Numbered from the whole stretch's first letter, positions 1 through 14,491 are shown. The stretch: 63,652 bases of DNA, filler included, from Octopus bimaculoides (GCF_001194135.2; 5 parts of 4 records of this genome joined end to end with filler, not necessarily neighbours in it), one strand, 5' to 3'. Numbers and translations: made by a program. The notes: a model not told the origin generated them from the sequence alone.

Positions 1-260
1 ATACATATATATTCATATATATACATATATATACATATATATTCATATATATACATATATATTCATATATATACATATATATTCATATATATACATATAT
101 ATTCATATATATACATATATGTTCATATATATACATATATATTCATATATATACATCTATATTCATATATATACATATATATTCATATATATACATATAT
201 ATTCATATATATACATATATATTCATATATATATACATATATATTCATATATATACATAC
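1..260. repeat. AT-rich 20-bp minisatellite (atacatatatattcatatat)n
   Basis: Unit directly visible about 12 times from base 1. Confidence 0.95.
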
Positions 261-1009
261 ATATTCATATATAAATATACAGGTATACATATATATAATA
301 TATAATAATATAAATTCATAGCGTCCCTTAATCCACTGCCTTCCTCCCAATGTGTCCTTTTTCTCTACCGCCCCCCGCACCACTCCCTTGGACACCGGCA
401 CACACCTAGACTCTCTCAATGCCCACCGGGGGGGGGGAGGGCTAACACCACTTCGAGAACCTATGATGGTCTAAGAGATTGCTCGTATCAGGCAAGAAGT
501 TGAACATTTTTGTTGGCCCATAACACTACATGGATCCTAAGTGGTGCATTTGTAAAATCTGAATGAAATCGGATGGGTAGTTCTCGAGTTTTAGTGATGC
601 ACACAATCAGACAGACATTCTCAGTTTTATATAAATAGATATGCACACACATATTTTCACACACAATTATACACACTCATACACATTTTTTTTTGTATCC
701 AAATGTGTTTTTCAACGAAATATTTACTTGCTATTATTGCTAACTTCATATGTGCTTCGAGTGGCATTATTTCAGAAAGAATTATCCCACATTCTCCCGA
801 AAGTTCCTAAAATTCTTAAGACATCAACAATGTATATAGACATATACATCTACACACACTTGCGCGCGCGCGCACACATATTTATATATATACATACGTT
901 TAAATATTAAGACATAGCATATTGGATGGCCACCTAATGGTCATCCCTTATACGCGTATATATATATATATATATATATGAAAGTATATGCATATATAAA
1001 TTTCTATCT

Positions 1010-1021
1010 ATCTATCTATCT

Positions 1022-1055
<34 letters not shown>
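1010..1055. repeat. (GATA)n/(TATC)n microsatellite
   Basis: Direct reading. Confidence 0.9.
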
Positions 1056-1969
1056 CATGCATGCGCGTGCACACAGACACACATCCTATCACCAACGCCG
1101 GTATGGTGATGGCCGCCACAGCAGTAACAGCAAAGGTGTCGGTAGCAGTGACAGCAGTTAATACAACAGCGGTAGCAGTCCCAGGAGTTGTGATTTCGGA
1201 GAACGTGAAAACCTAAGAATAGCTGCAGTAGTAGTAGTAGCAGTAATAACAGCTGCAGCAAGAATAGCAGAACCAACAGCAATAAAAGCGGATATATATT
1301 TGAGGTATATTGAAAATAACACAGCAGTAATAACAATGAGTGTAGATACGAAGGCAGCGGTAACAGTAGCAGCAGCAGCAGAAACAGTTGAAGAAGGGGG
1401 AAAGAGAATGCTTCTATGCGGTTGCTCGATTTGCTAGACATAGTAGTCAAATCGCTCTCAATAAATTATTCTCCTTAAAAATTGGATAACGTGCTCTAAC
1501 ATACGTCATTGCTTTTTTGGAGAGAAATCGACTGGATGGTCATGCCTTGAATTCTTTCCGTCTTTAAACAACAGCAATAATCTAATTCAGCGAAGGAGCC
1601 GTTACCCGAATGTTTGAAGACACAGACAAATCATCCTTCAAATAACATCCTCTCTTCTAGAAAAAAGGAACATATTGGACTCTGTAGTTCCAGATATTAT
1701 CGAGAAGATTAACCAAAAATAACAGCAGCAACAACAACAACTGAAGAACATGCAACATTAAGGTCAGATGTGATGACAACGTCAACAACACCAAAGGTGC
1801 TCGTCATTGATAATGACCATAACAATGACAAAGGTGCACTTCATTGATAATGACTACAACAACAACAACAGTAACAGTCAAGACGGCTGTGAGCATGTCA
1901 TCATTAATAACATGTTGTTCTTATAGGTGAGCAGCAGCCATAGGACTGGAAAGATGTCCACGAGATGTG

Positions 1970-2352
1970 TGTTGTTGTTGGCACTCCATCGCTTACGACG
2001 CCGAGGGTTCCAGTTGATCCATTCAACGGAACAGCCTGCTCGTGAAATTAACGTGCAAGTGGCAGAGTACTCCACAGACACGTGTACCCTTAACGTAATT
2101 CTCGGGGATATTCAGCGTGACACAGTGTGACAAGGCTGACCCTTTGAAATACAGGTACAACAGAAACAGGAAGAAAGAGTGAGAGAAAGTTGTGGTGAAA
2201 ATGTACAGCAGGGTTCGCCACCATCCCCTGCCGGAGTCTCGTGGAGCTTTAGGTGTTTTCGCTCAATAAACACTCACAACGCCCGGTCTGGGAATCGAAA
2301 CCACGATCCTATGATCGTGAGTCCACTGCCCTAACCAATGGGCCATTGCGCC
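1970..2352 (-). mobile_element. tRNA-derived SINE, working family B, full length
   Basis: Minus strand begins ggcgcaatggcccattggttagggc...ggtttcgattccc (A/B-box-like head) and ends in an (AAC)n tail; second copy at 55897-56236. Confidence 0.85.
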
Positions 2353-2408
2353 AAAGATTTGTTGACAGCGAGAACAACGGCTTCATTAAAGGTGAATGCA
2401 ATATTAGT

Positions 2409-2615
2409 TTCAAATTATGGCACAAAGCCAGCTAGTTCGGAAGAGGAGGAAAACCGATCACATTGACTCCAATGCGCATCTGGTAGTTATTTTATCGACC
2501 CTGAAACGATGAAAAGCAAAGTCAACCTTAGCGGCATTTGAACTCGGAATGTGAAGACGGATCAAGTGCCGTTAAGAATTTTGCCCGGTGCAGCAACGAT
2601 TGTCACCGACTAAAG
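2409..2615 (-). mobile_element. SINE family C, diverged
   Basis: Shares the tttatcgaccc...aaagtcaac...tttgaactc body with other family C copies. Confidence 0.7.
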
Positions 2616-2632
2616 CGTGGATGTAATATCGG

Positions 2633-2846
2633 TTTCAGATTTTAGCACAAGGCCAGAAATTTCGGAGCTGGGGTGGAGGGTAAGTCGATTACATCGCCCC
2701 CAGTGCTCCACTGCTACTTATTCTATCGACACTGGAAGGATGAAAGGAAAAATAGACGTCGGCAGAATTTGAACTTAGCACGTGAAGACGGACCAAATGC
2801 TGCTATTTTGCCCGGCGTGGTACGATTCTGCCAACTCGCCGACTTA
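2633..2846 (-). mobile_element. SINE family C
   Basis: gtcgattacatcgccccc...gaatttgaactta...gattctgccaactcgcc matches family C. Confidence 0.75.
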
Positions 2847-3025
2847 AGGATGGATGCAATATCAGTAGCACCATGATCAACAACAGCAATATCAGCAGCA
2901 ACAGTAAAAAAGAAAAACATAAATGGAAGCAATTCGGGTGGATGCAAAATCAGTTGCAATAAGGGTGGGCGGAATGACAGACCAACAGCAGCTTTAAAGA
3001 GAGAATGAATTAACAGCAACAAAAG

Positions 3026-3183
3026 CAGGGCCGCCTGAGCAGCATTCTAGGCTCCCAAGCAAATCAACGCACTGGGCCCTATTTATATAGTTATTTGTTG
3101 ACAGCATGCATACACGGATCAGAATTGGGCCTAAGGCCTGTGAGACTCCTGGACAACTACCTGTGTGCTTTAAGACGGCACTG
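3026..3183. mobile_element. hAT-like MITE (about 160 bp)
   Basis: Imperfect TIR cagggccgcc / gacggcactg; related copy in opposite orientation at 14492-14659; no clear TSD. Confidence 0.5.
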
Positions 3184-3281
3184 AGAAGCAGTGGGGGGCT
3201 TACAATAACGTTGGTGGCCTCTGAGGAGTTGATAATGCAAATGGTTGTATGTATGCATGCATATGTGTGTTTGCATGCGTA

Positions 3282-3497
3282 TACTCGTTTCAGTCTTTTG
3301 ACTGTGGCCATGCTGGGGCACCGCCTTTAGTCGAGCAAATCGACCCCAGGACTTATTCTTTGGAAGCCTAGTACTTATTCTATCGGTCTCTTTTGCCGAA
3401 CCGCTAAGTTACGGGGACATAAACACACCAGCATCGGTTGTCAAGCGACGTTGGGGGACAAACACAGACATACAAACACACATACATACATACATAN
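3282..3497 (-). mobile_element. SINE family A, 3' half (runs into gap)
   Basis: Reverse complement of the family A tail; ends at the internal microsatellite where the gap begins. Confidence 0.85.
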
Positions 3498-4391
3498 NNN
3501 NNNNNNNNNNNNNNNNNNNNNNNNNNNNNNNNNNNNNNNNNNNNNNNNNNNNNNNNNNNNNNNNNNNNNNNNNNNNNNNNNNNNNNNNNNNNNNNNNNNN
3601 NNNNNNNNNNNNNNNNNNNNNNNNNNNNNNNNNNNNNNNNNNNNNNNNNNNNNNNNNNNNNNNNNNNNNNNNNNNNNNNNNNNNNNNNNNNNNNNNNNNN
3701 NNNNNNNNNNNNNNNNNNNNNNNNNNNNNNNNNNNNNNNNNNNNNNNNNNNNNNNNNNNNNNNNNNNNNNNNNNNNNNNNNNNNNNNNNNNNNNNNNNNN
3801 NNNNNNNNNNNNNNNNNNNNNNNNNNNNNNNNNNNNNNNNNNNNNNNNNNNNNNNNNNNNNNNNNNNNNNNNNNNNNNNNNNNNNNNNNNNNNNNNNNNN
3901 NNNNNNNNNNNNNNNNNNNNNNNNNNNNNNNNNNNNNNNNNNNNNNNNNNNNNNNNNNNNNNNNNNNNNNNNNNNNNNNNNNNNNNNNNNNNNNNNNNNN
4001 NNNNNNNNNNNNNNNNNNNNNNNNNNNNNNNNNNNNNNNNNNNNNNNNNNNNNNNNNNNNNNNNNNNNNNNNNNNNNNNNNNNNNNNNNNNNNNNNNNNN
4101 NNNNNNNNNNNNNNNNNNNNNNNNNNNNNNNNNNNNNNNNNNNNNNNNNNNNNNNNNNNNNNNNNNNNNNNNNNNNNNNNNNNNNNNNNNNNNNNNNNNN
4201 NNNNNNNNNNNNNNNNNNNNNNNNNNNNNNNNNNNNNNNNNNNNNNNNNNNNNNNNNNNNNNNNNNNNNNNNNNNNNNNNNNNNNNNNNNNNNNNNNNNN
4301 NNNNNNNNNNNNNNNNNNNNNNATATATATATATATATATATATACTCCACTTCCAAGTAAGTATAAATATATATGTATATATATATATAT

Positions 4392-4785
4392 AGGCGCAGT
4401 GTGGTAAGTAATTTACTTACCAACCACATGGTTCCGGGTTCAGTCCCACTGCATGGCACCTTGGGCAAGTGTCTTCTACTATAGTCTCAGGCCGACCAAA
4501 GCCTTATGAGTGAATTTGGTAGACGAAAACTGAAAGAAGCCCGTCGTATATGTGTGTGTGTGTGTTTGTGTGTGTATTTGTGTGTGTTTGTCCCCTTACC
4601 ATCGCTTGAAAACCGATGTTGGTGTGTTTACATCCCTGTAAATTTAGCAGTTCGGCAAAGGAGACCAATAGAATAGTTACTAAGCTTACAAAGAATAAGT
4701 CCTGGGGTCGGTTTGTTCGACTAAAGGCGGTGCTCCAGCATGGCCGCCATCAAATAACTCAAGTAAAAGAAAAAGAATAAAGAAA
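4392..4785 (+). mobile_element. SINE family A, full length
   Basis: tRNA-like head (ggttccgggttcagtccc), CORE-like accttgggcaagtgtc segment, internal (TA)(TG) microsatellite, A-rich tail. Confidence 0.9.
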
Positions 4786-5289
4786 TACACACGCACACAT
4801 CCATACACGCGCATGCACACATACAACGCATATCGACAGACTTGACAAACAGACATAGGCAGATAGATAGATAGATTGTTTGTGAGAGAGAGGTGGGGTA
4901 GAGGAGATTTAGACAAAGAGAAACTATCGTAAAACAAACCGTTAATACGACAAAACACAAGATAGTATATCTATTAATTATATGCTATATGATATAATCA
5001 GAACGAATAATTCGCCCGTTCTGTTTTCAATGCTTCACTCTCCCACTTCCCTTACTGACATTCCCGTCAAACTATTAGGACTGAATGAACAACATATTTT
5101 TACTTTGACGGTCATGTTTTTGTCATTGGGACACGTTATATGGTTTTGAAGTCTTTATTTCATCTACAAATCTTCTTGTTCTTGATATTAATGTATATTA
5201 GATGATGATAATGACAAAGATGATGACAATGGACATTAGCCTGATTTTATTGTTGTAGCTGTCGGTGAAGCTATCATCTATTTGTTATC

Positions 5290-5545
5290 TTTTATTTGTT
5301 TTGATTATTGGACTGTGGCCATATTGCAGCACCACCTTGAAGGGTTTTAGTCGAACAAATCTCCCTCAGCACGCGCATGCGCACACAAAAATCTTTTATA
5401 TCTTTTCACTTATTTTAGTCAATTGATTGCGCCCATACTGTAACACCGCCTTGAAGGGTTTTAAACGAACAAATCTTCCCTAGCAAGTTTTTTATTTTTT
5501 TTTTTTTATCTACATCTGTCTGGTTCTCATTCCATCTCTTTCGCC
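5290..5545 (-). mobile_element. Two SINE family A 3' fragments
   Basis: ggactgtggccat...caccttgaagggttttagtcgaacaaat seen twice. Confidence 0.6.
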
Positions 5546-5559
5546 GAACCACACACGTC

Positions 5560-5958
5560 TTTTATATTTTTTATTTGTTTCAGTCAATGGACTGCGACCA
5601 TGCTGGGGCAACGCCTTGGGAGGTTTTAGACGAAGAAAGACTCCAGCACTTAATTTTAAAGACAATACTTATTTTATCGGTTCTTTTTACCGAACCACTT
5701 ACGTACGGGGACGTAAACAAAGTCAGTTGTCAGGCGGTTTGGAGAAATAAACAAAGACACCAAGGCGCGCGTGCACACACACACACACACACACATTTTC
5801 AGCGGGCTTCCATACAATTTCCGTCTACGATTTTCCCTCACACAGCATCGGTCGGCTCAGAATTTTAGTAGATGACAATTGCAGAGGTGCCGCGCAGTGA
5901 AACTGAACTCAAAACCAAGTGGTTACCAAGCGTGATTCTTAACCGCAAAGCCATGCCT
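5560..5958 (-). mobile_element. SINE family A variant, full length
   Basis: Reverse complement of the family A tail through the head (aaccaagtggttaccaagc). Confidence 0.8.
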
Positions 5959-6387
5959 ACAAATAAATGTATCATATGCTTCAGGAAAAAAATCACAAGT
6001 ACTCGAGTTCGATCCACAGTGTGTAGTATCTTGAGTGAGTGTTTTCTATATGTAGCCCTGGGTTGACTCCAAATTGGATAGATGGAAACTATATAGATGC
6101 ACGCCGAATGGCCTATCGCAGGAATTCAAAAGTCCAGTTTTGTCTTATTGTGTTACACTTATTCCAACTGAGAATTATGTTAAGGGAATACGTGTCAGCA
6201 GAATCTTATTACACTAAAAAGTTTATAGAACAAACAAAAGAATACACACCGACGATTTTATTTATTTATCTATTTATTCATTTATTAGTTAAAAAAGGTA
6301 CACCAGTGTCTGAAGAACAAAGTTTCGTATATGTATGTATGCACATGTATGTGTGTGGTGTGCATTGTGGGTAGCTATATGTGTATG

Positions 6388-6419
<32 letters not shown>

Positions 6420-6505
6420 TGTATACATATATACCACGACAAATGCATTTTTCTTCACACACACCCATAGATATACTCATATATATGCACATACTCACAC
6501 ACACA

Positions 6506-6585
<80 letters not shown>

Positions 6586-6800
6586 NNNNNNNNNNNNNNN
6601 NNNNNNNNNNNNNNNNNNNNNNNNNNNNNNNNNNNNNNNNNNNNNNNNNNNNNNNNNNNNNNNNNNNNNNNNNNNNNNNNNNNNNNNNNNNNNNNNNNNN
6701 NNNNNNNNNNNNNNNNNNNNNNNNNNNNNNNNNNNNNNNNNNNNNNTAGCGCTTGCATCTATTCTAGCAGAATCTCAATACCTGTACATCATCTCCAAAC

Positions 6801-6834
<34 letters not shown>

Positions 6835-6973
6835 CCGTACTCTGGTTATTATTTTTTTTTTGTCTACGCTTTGTTTGCAATGTCCTGCACCCAGATATGC
6901 AGCTATATATACAGGTTGATGTAGGTATGCACATACTTGTACGTATATATGCATATACTCATTTATTATTTGT

Positions 6974-7067
<94 letters not shown>

Positions 7068-7939
7068 CACACTGTCTGAAAGCCAGTGTATCTGTATAAT
7101 AATAATAATAAATATTTTGGACTAATAAGTCGATTAGTGTGTTTTAATGTTGAGTAGAACACCGGCATAGTTTAGGCTACCTGTTGTCATCCGCAGTCGT
7201 GGTACACTTTCGTTGGATTTACTTCAGGAACTCCGCAGTGGCAGTTAGGCTAATTATATTAATTAACAGGAGACGGATTCAGTATTAAACTTTTATTGCA
7301 AACAAGTACAATATTCGTTTCGATCCATCCTGCTATTGTCCTTTATGTGTGGGACTCCATTCAACATGTGTTGTATAAATTTTGCAGTCAGGGTCTCATC
7401 AGGTACATCGATAAAGTTATGTCTCACTACAAATTTTTAGAGTCGTCTGCCTTGATGTTATATGCCTATCAAGTTAGGGAATGACCAAAGCAAATAAGAC
7501 TACAGAAATGCAAAAAAAAATTCAAATATAAACGTGGCAATCTTGCGTTCCAGTTTTCGCTGTCATAACTGCTTAGAGGAAAAAGAAACTAGAAGGAAAA
7601 AAGAATGAAGAAAAAAATAGGAAAAACAAGAAAATGAATATTTTGTGTGTGCGTGTGTGCTTGTGGATATGTATGCACACACACACACATATGCGTACAC
7701 ATATGTATGCTTACATGGACATCAGCGGCAATTTCTGGTACCTACTCCAGTACAAACGTTGCTGAAAATTAAAGCTACATAATAGAAATAGGGTACATAT
7801 AACGTGAATGCACCTTCTTTCGTCTGTATCTCATAACAATACAAGATTTACACTATTATCTCATTTGTTTTTGTATTCATTGATATATCTACTGCATGCC
7901 TTGCATTCATGCATGGAACGCTACTGTTATATACATACA

Positions 7940-7971
<32 letters not shown>

Positions 7972-8220
7972 ATAGATATATTGGTATTGAGAATGTGTGT
8001 ATGAGAGAGAAATGAAATAGTAAACGTATATAAGTACATCGTGTGTATGTGAATATGTGAATCCGTGATTAGATAAATATTCGAGTTAGGTCTGCCAATA
8101 ATCGAGTGTGTGTGTGTGTCTGTGTGGTTGCGTGTGTGTATGAAACACAAGTGATTTGTATATTTCGTGATAAATATTAGAGCAATGTTGACAAGGTATA
8201 TATTTACACATGTGTATGTG

Positions 8221-8260
<40 letters not shown>

Positions 8261-8495
8261 NNNNNNNNNNNNNNNNNNNNNNNNNNNNNNNNNNNNNNNN
8301 NNNNNNNNNNNNNNNNNNNNNNNNNNNNNNNNNNNNNNNNNNNNNNNNNNNNNNNNNNNNNNNNNNNNNNNNNNNNNNNNNNNNNNNNNNNNNNNNNNNN
8401 NNNNNNNNNNNNNNNNNNNNNNNNNNTATATATATTTATAAATATATATATATATTTATAAATATATATATATATATATACATATTTTTATAAAA

Positions 8496-8880
8496 GTTGC
8501 TGTGTGGTAAGAAGCTTGCTTCCCAACCACATGGTTCTGGGTTCTGTCCCACCGTATGGCAGTTTGGGCAAGTATCTTCTACTATAGCCCCGGGCCGACC
8601 AAAGTCTTGTGAGTAGATTTGGTAGACGGAAACTGAAAGAAGCTCGTCGTATATTATATATAGATGTGTGTGTGTGTGTATTTGTGTCTGTGGTTGTTCT
8701 CCCACCATCGCTTGACAACCAATGTTGGTGAGTTTACGTTCCCGTAACTAGCGGTTCGGCAAAAGTGGAAGGTAGAATAAATACTAGGCTTACAAAGAAC
8801 AAGTCCTGGGGATCGATTTGTTCGACTAAAGGTGGTACTGCAGCATGGCTGCGGTCAAATGACCGAAACAAGTAAAAGAA
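8496..8880 (+). mobile_element. SINE family A, full length
   Basis: Colinear with 4392-4785 and 39290-39694. Confidence 0.9.
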
Positions 8881-9867
8881 TATGTATGTGCGTGCATATG
8901 TGTGTATACATAACGGTTGTATTTATACTTACGTAAGTTTAAGCACATTGTTAAAGCAATGCATACATTTATCTATCTATCGATCTATCTGTTTATGTAT
9001 CTATCAGTCACTGTTTGCCAGCCAGTCTGTTTGCCTGTTTGTCTATGTGTTTATCTGTCTGGCTATCTGTCTATGTTTTTGCCTATCTATCTGTTTGCAT
9101 GCCTGCCTGTCTATTCGAGCCACACATACTTGCAGTCAGTCACAAATTAATGAGTCAGCACCAAGACAGTCCTGTCGCTAATGTCCTGGTGAGCGAGCAC
9201 ACACATATGAACATATAGGTTTCTACTGTGCAACATGGCGATACTGGCACAACAATACAGACACGTCTACGATTTTTTTTGTTCGACATTCTAGACACGT
9301 ACACTGTCATTAATCTTGCTTTGCCAAAGCACGGTAACCATGTTTATACTAGGCTCATACTTAATATTCTACTCCTACTTTATGTGGCAATCATTTACAT
9401 TCAGATATGTTAAGTAGTCCGTGTCGGCCGGCCATCTTTATTGCTCACTTTCCACACCCTGATCATACTTGTCACAGTTAAGACATAAGACATCAGTCCA
9501 ATCAGTAGAGAAGAAAACAAAATACTCGATTCTGGTCTTCGAAATGGATTTCTTCAGCTTAGATAACTTGGAACAGAATAGATTTTTTACTTTTTTTTTT
9601 TTTTATTAGTTTAATTTCGTTTTGATTTCATTGAAACTGTAACGGCATTTGGTTGCATCAATGATTCAATGAAATTATACTCAATATCATTATTTTTTCT
9701 GTTCTTTTCTCTCCCTCCCCTTTTTTACGGGGCTGTTTCAGGAAAAAAAGAAGGAAGACATGAAGGGTTGTATTCACTGTTTCTGAAACCTCTTCTCAAA
9801 AACAAACAACGAAGAGTCCAAAACAGACCAACTAAAACTTTTGCTAAGTATGAATCTTGCTATTTAT

Positions 9868-10260
9868 GGTTGTTGTTGTTGTTTAATCCCAGGCGTGTTT
9901 CAGTCGAGCAATAGCCATCTTTAATCATGACTATCTCGTCTTTTTGTATATCAAGGACTACGTTGTCTAACACGATCTAGTTATAAGAAGGTTGTATGTT
10001 ATTTGAGGGAAAGTGAAGTGTGTATTTCGGCGGCCGCCATAAAGATCCATCGCTGGTCGGACAAAGTAATTTTGCTGTTGTGGTTCTTAAGTAGCAGGTC
10101 AGCACTGAATGTGCAAACTTTTGATCAAACATTCCAGCTGTGATCGCTCCTAGAACTATATTATCTAATAAGTCCTTTGGCCAGACGGCAGGGTGTTGTT
10201 TGAGCGCTATTTGGTAATTACCTCTAGCAAGAAGACCGTAGAGGTTGATTCGTATTTCAG
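9868..10260 (-). mobile_element. Two tandem copies of (AAC)n-tailed retroposon 3' end, working family E
   Basis: gttgttgtttaatcccagg...gtgtatttc and a second diverged copy; related pieces at 1545-1740, 17790-17975 and 51790-52190. Confidence 0.5.
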
Positions 10261-10629
10261 CAAGTTAAATCTAATCATTTGCAGCTCTAGCGTCAACCTT
10301 ACCTCTCGTTCCTTCTCCAGCATTGATTATCGATCAGTATTATACAATGGACCATTCAAGAAAGAATGATTCAAGCTTCGTGAAAAGGCTACATGATTGA
10401 AAGGGAGAGCTACTTATCAATTGATTTCACAGCATTATATTGATAGTACATATCTTACTAATTCCGAAAGAAAAAATAGGTTCAGCCATGGTATCGATTA
10501 TTATTACCCCTGTGTAGTCACCCGATTTTGGTAGAAATAGTGGCCAAATCTCCAAAAAATCACACAAATGTATTCTAAAAAGAGGATCACATTGAACAAT
10601 ATACTCCCAGATAAACCACAAGGTCTAGT

Positions 10630-10930
10630 ACTTGTAGTTTAGTGGTTTGTGTGCTTCAATGATCCTCAGAGCCATGCCAACGGACCACAAGATCCATGTA
10701 GCACCTCCTGTGCTAGTCAGCTCAAAGGAAAGAGGTTAAACTAAAACCGACCAACTCCCTCCAGGGATGAAAATGGGTTTGCGTAGGGCGAACAACACTA
10801 TCAAGAAAAAGCGAAGTTACAGAAGCATCGAGGGTAATTTCAAAACCAACAAGGCCTAGGAGAAGAAACGACAGCACGGAGTAGGAACAACGGAGAAAAA
10901 AATTGTCAATGTCCAAGCTCCATTGGACGA
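10630..10930 (+). mobile_element. RTE-clade LINE 5' region fragment
   Basis: gggtttgcgtagggcgaacaac...aagaaaaa...gttacagaa resembles, from memory, the gggttgggcnnngggctaacaacc...gtaaaa motif of RTE 5' UTRs. Confidence 0.45.
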
Positions 10931-13777
10931 GGAGGGCTTAAGTAAGATAAAATGTGTTTGGCAATAAATGTATAAATAAAGAAAGACAGAAAGAAATAAA
11001 AAAGGAAAGAAACAAAGGATGCGATAGCTAGGACTTGAACCTTTGATCATAGGTTTGCTTAATCAGAGATTGCTTGGAGCCTAAATTAAACAAAAACAGC
11101 CACATGTTAGAAATGGTATCCTTGCTTAGACAAGATTCTTCTTTTCTACTTCTTTTACTGCTTTCCGTCATTGAACTACGGCCATATTGAGCACCAACTC
11201 CAATGGATTTTGGTCAGTCATATCAAGCACAATACTTATTTCACCCTGGAGCTTATTTAATCGGGTGGCGTAGTTACTTTTCAGACACTTGTGGACAAGT
11301 TTGGCTTATATTTTTAGAAGCCTGTCGTGTGTACGTACACATACATATATACATGCATACGAACGTTATATATATTTATTCGTTTATATTTATATAAGGG
11401 CATTACTACAGAATAATGCCACTCATTTTTAAGAAGGATCACAAACTATGTATTGTTTCATCGTATAAAAGGGGGTTAATACGATTTTGCCCAGAAATCA
11501 CGCTTTCAAAATTTCCTCCAACACCGTCCCCACCGCTATTTCTCAATTTGTCACTTTGACGAATTTTTTTTTTCCGCGTAGAAAACTTCAGAGATTACGA
11601 ATCTGGGAAATATATATATGTATTTTAAAGTTTAATTTTTCATAAAAAAGACACTCAATACTCCTTCCTCCACCTCACCCACCCATCACCTACTCTCTTT
11701 CTAAAGGTTAAAATAATCCAATGTTTCACTTTCGTCTGATGTTTCACGCATACGTAGAATTTTACTGAAACAGCAGACGTAAAAATACCAGACCACCATC
11801 AGAAAATCCGACATGCNNNNNNNNNNNNNNNNNNNNNNNNNNNNNNNNNNNNNNNNNNNNNNNNNNNNNNNNNNNNNNNNNNNNNNNNNNNNNNNNNNNN
11901 NNNNNNNNNNNNNNNNNNNNNNNNNNNNNNNNNNNNNNNNNNNNNNNNNNNNNNNNNNNNNNNNNNNNNNNNNNNNNNNNNNNNNNNNNNNNNNNNNNNN
12001 NNNNNNNNNNNNNNNNNNNNNNNNNNNNNNNNNNNNNNNNNNNNNNNNNNNNNNNNNNNNNNNNNNNNNNNNNNNNNNNNNNNNNNNNNNNNNNNNNNNN
12101 NNNNNNNNNNNNNNNNNNNNNNNNNNNNNNNNNNNNNNNNNNNNNNNNNNNNNNNNNNNNNNNNNNNNNNNNNNNNNNNNNNNNNNNNNNNNNNNNNNNN
12201 NNNNNNNNNNNNNNNNNNNNNNNNNNNNNNNNNNNNNNNNNNNNNNNNNNNNNNNNNNNNNNNNNNNNNNNNNNNNNNNNNNNNNNNNNNNNNNNNNNNN
12301 NNNNNNNNNNNNNNNNNNNNNNNNNNNNNNNNNNNNNNNNNNNNNNNNNNNNNNNNNNNNNNNNNNNNNNNNNNNNNNNNNNNNNNNNNNNNNNNNNNNN
12401 NNNNNNNNNNNNNNNNNNNNNNNNNNNNNNNNNNNNNNNNNNNNNNNNNNNNNNNNNNNNNNNNNNNNNNNNNNNNNNNNNNNNNNNNNNNNNNNNNNNN
12501 NNNNNNNNNNNNNNNNNNNNNNNNNNNNNNNNNNNNNNNNNNNNNNNNNNNNNNNNNNNNNNNNNNNNNNNNNNNNNNNNNNNNNNNNNNNNNNNNNNNN
12601 NNNNNNNNNNNNNNNNNNNNNNNNNNTTCTGGGAAAACTTCCTTTTAAACCTATATCGAAGATCAGGTTTTTAAATATGCTCATCACAAGCACAAATTAC
12701 AGAATAGAAAAACGTTATTTCACTCGGATTTGAGCTGTATTTTTTGCTCGCGCACACAGCAAAAAATTACATAATTTGTACAGAAATTTCACCTAGAGCG
12801 CGCGCGCTCTGTGTGTGTGCGAGTGAGTGTGCCAAAGGCATTCTTTCATTTGAAGCAGTAAAGTTGTCAACTCGATCATATGGGATCATATGATTGTTCG
12901 TTAATTTCCGTAAAAAATTCATTTCTTTATGCTTTGAAGAGAGCAGAAATTGAAAGAGAGGAGAAAGGGAAAAGGCGAAATTTGCCTTGAATTTAGAGCA
13001 GAAAGTGCAAGAGAGGAGAAAGTGAAGAATGTATGTGAGTGTATATGAATTGGAGAAATAGATGTGTGTGTGTGTGCATTTGTACGTCTGCGTGAGAGAG
13101 AAAGCGGGAGTGTGTGTCATGTATGTATTTTTGCATGTATGTGTGAGTGGCATCTCTCTCTCTCTCTCATTATATTTCATATACACGTACATAAATATAT
13201 ATGCATACATCTTTTTTGTATGTATGTGAGAGAGAGAGAGTGTGTGAGTGACTGTATTTCCTCATAACATATGAAGAAATGGACGTCTTTTAATGAAATT
13301 GTTTTTGGTTGTGGCATATTTTGATACAATATTTATGTGTACGTTTTCATAAATGTTTGCCTGAGTAAAATTCTACACATGCGTGAAACATCAGACGGAA
13401 ATGAAACAATAGAAGCAAATCGAAATATTGCCCGAAAATGACCTAAAAATTATGCGACCCGACCTCGTTTTCGAGGTTATTTTAGTGGTAAAAAAACGAG
13501 TTGCTGTGCCAAAAACAGTTTATTTGTTACATAGTTGATAAGCAGCTTTATTATAGTATAGATGTGACTAATTCGGAGAAACTCTACTTTCATTATTCAC
13601 ACATCGTCACTCTCGTAATGCAAAACTTTGTAATTTTGGGTTAAATGGAAAGTGTGAAACTATTTCACTCTCTAATGAAACCCGGTCATTGTAGAACAAT
13701 GAATTTCAAATAATTATTGTAGGCTGTTGAGATAACATAGAAAATATGTAAATGAAACTAAAGTTTATTTGGTAGCC

Positions 13778-13813
<36 letters not shown>

Positions 13814-13959
13814 NNNNNNNNNNNNNNNNNNNNNNNNNNNNNNNNNNNNNNNNNNNNNNNNNNNNNNNNNNNNNNNNNNNNNNNNNNNNNNNNNNNNNNN
13901 NNNNNNNNNNNNNNNNNNNNNNNNNNNNNNNNNNNNNNNNNNNNNNNNNNNNNNNNNNN

Positions 13960-14002
<43 letters not shown>

Positions 14003-14491
14003 GTGCGTGTGCGTGTGTGTGTGTGTACATAGATAGATAGATACATAGATATATGTATATATGTATGCATACATACATACACTATAGGAATTGATTAAGT
14101 ATCTGTGATACATTGAACTCAATTCGATCTACTCAGTAACGCATTAATTATCGACATGCAGAAGATACAAGGAAATTATATTTTGACGACCTCCAGCTTT
14201 TTAGAATAGAATAGGAAGAAACTTGTCTTAAAACAGTAAATTTTCTTATAAATATACATAAGTGATTAAATGTAAAAATTTCCAGATATTACAATCGCTT
14301 GTATGCAATAATTTTGTTTATGTGTAAAGAATCAAATGTAATGCTCACACATGTTTTCAATTTCATCGTTTTTGTTTTTTTAGTTAGAGTGTAGTATATG
14401 AAGCGTCAGGAATTATCAGTAAAATGTTATATCGTTAATAGTTAGCATTGAATCTTATGAAGAAGCCATTAATATATTATGGACTCAAAGG

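Noticed and set aside
330-465. ccacttcgagaacctatg resembling a hAT/Charlie right end
   Set aside because: No matching left TIR or TSD found
2280-2352. tRNA-like A/B boxes (here and in other SINE heads) as tRNA genes
   Set aside because: Each continues into a SINE body and tail; no complete cloverleaf
3404-4468. Long X-containing ORFs (here and at every gap)
   Set aside because: Read-through of N runs
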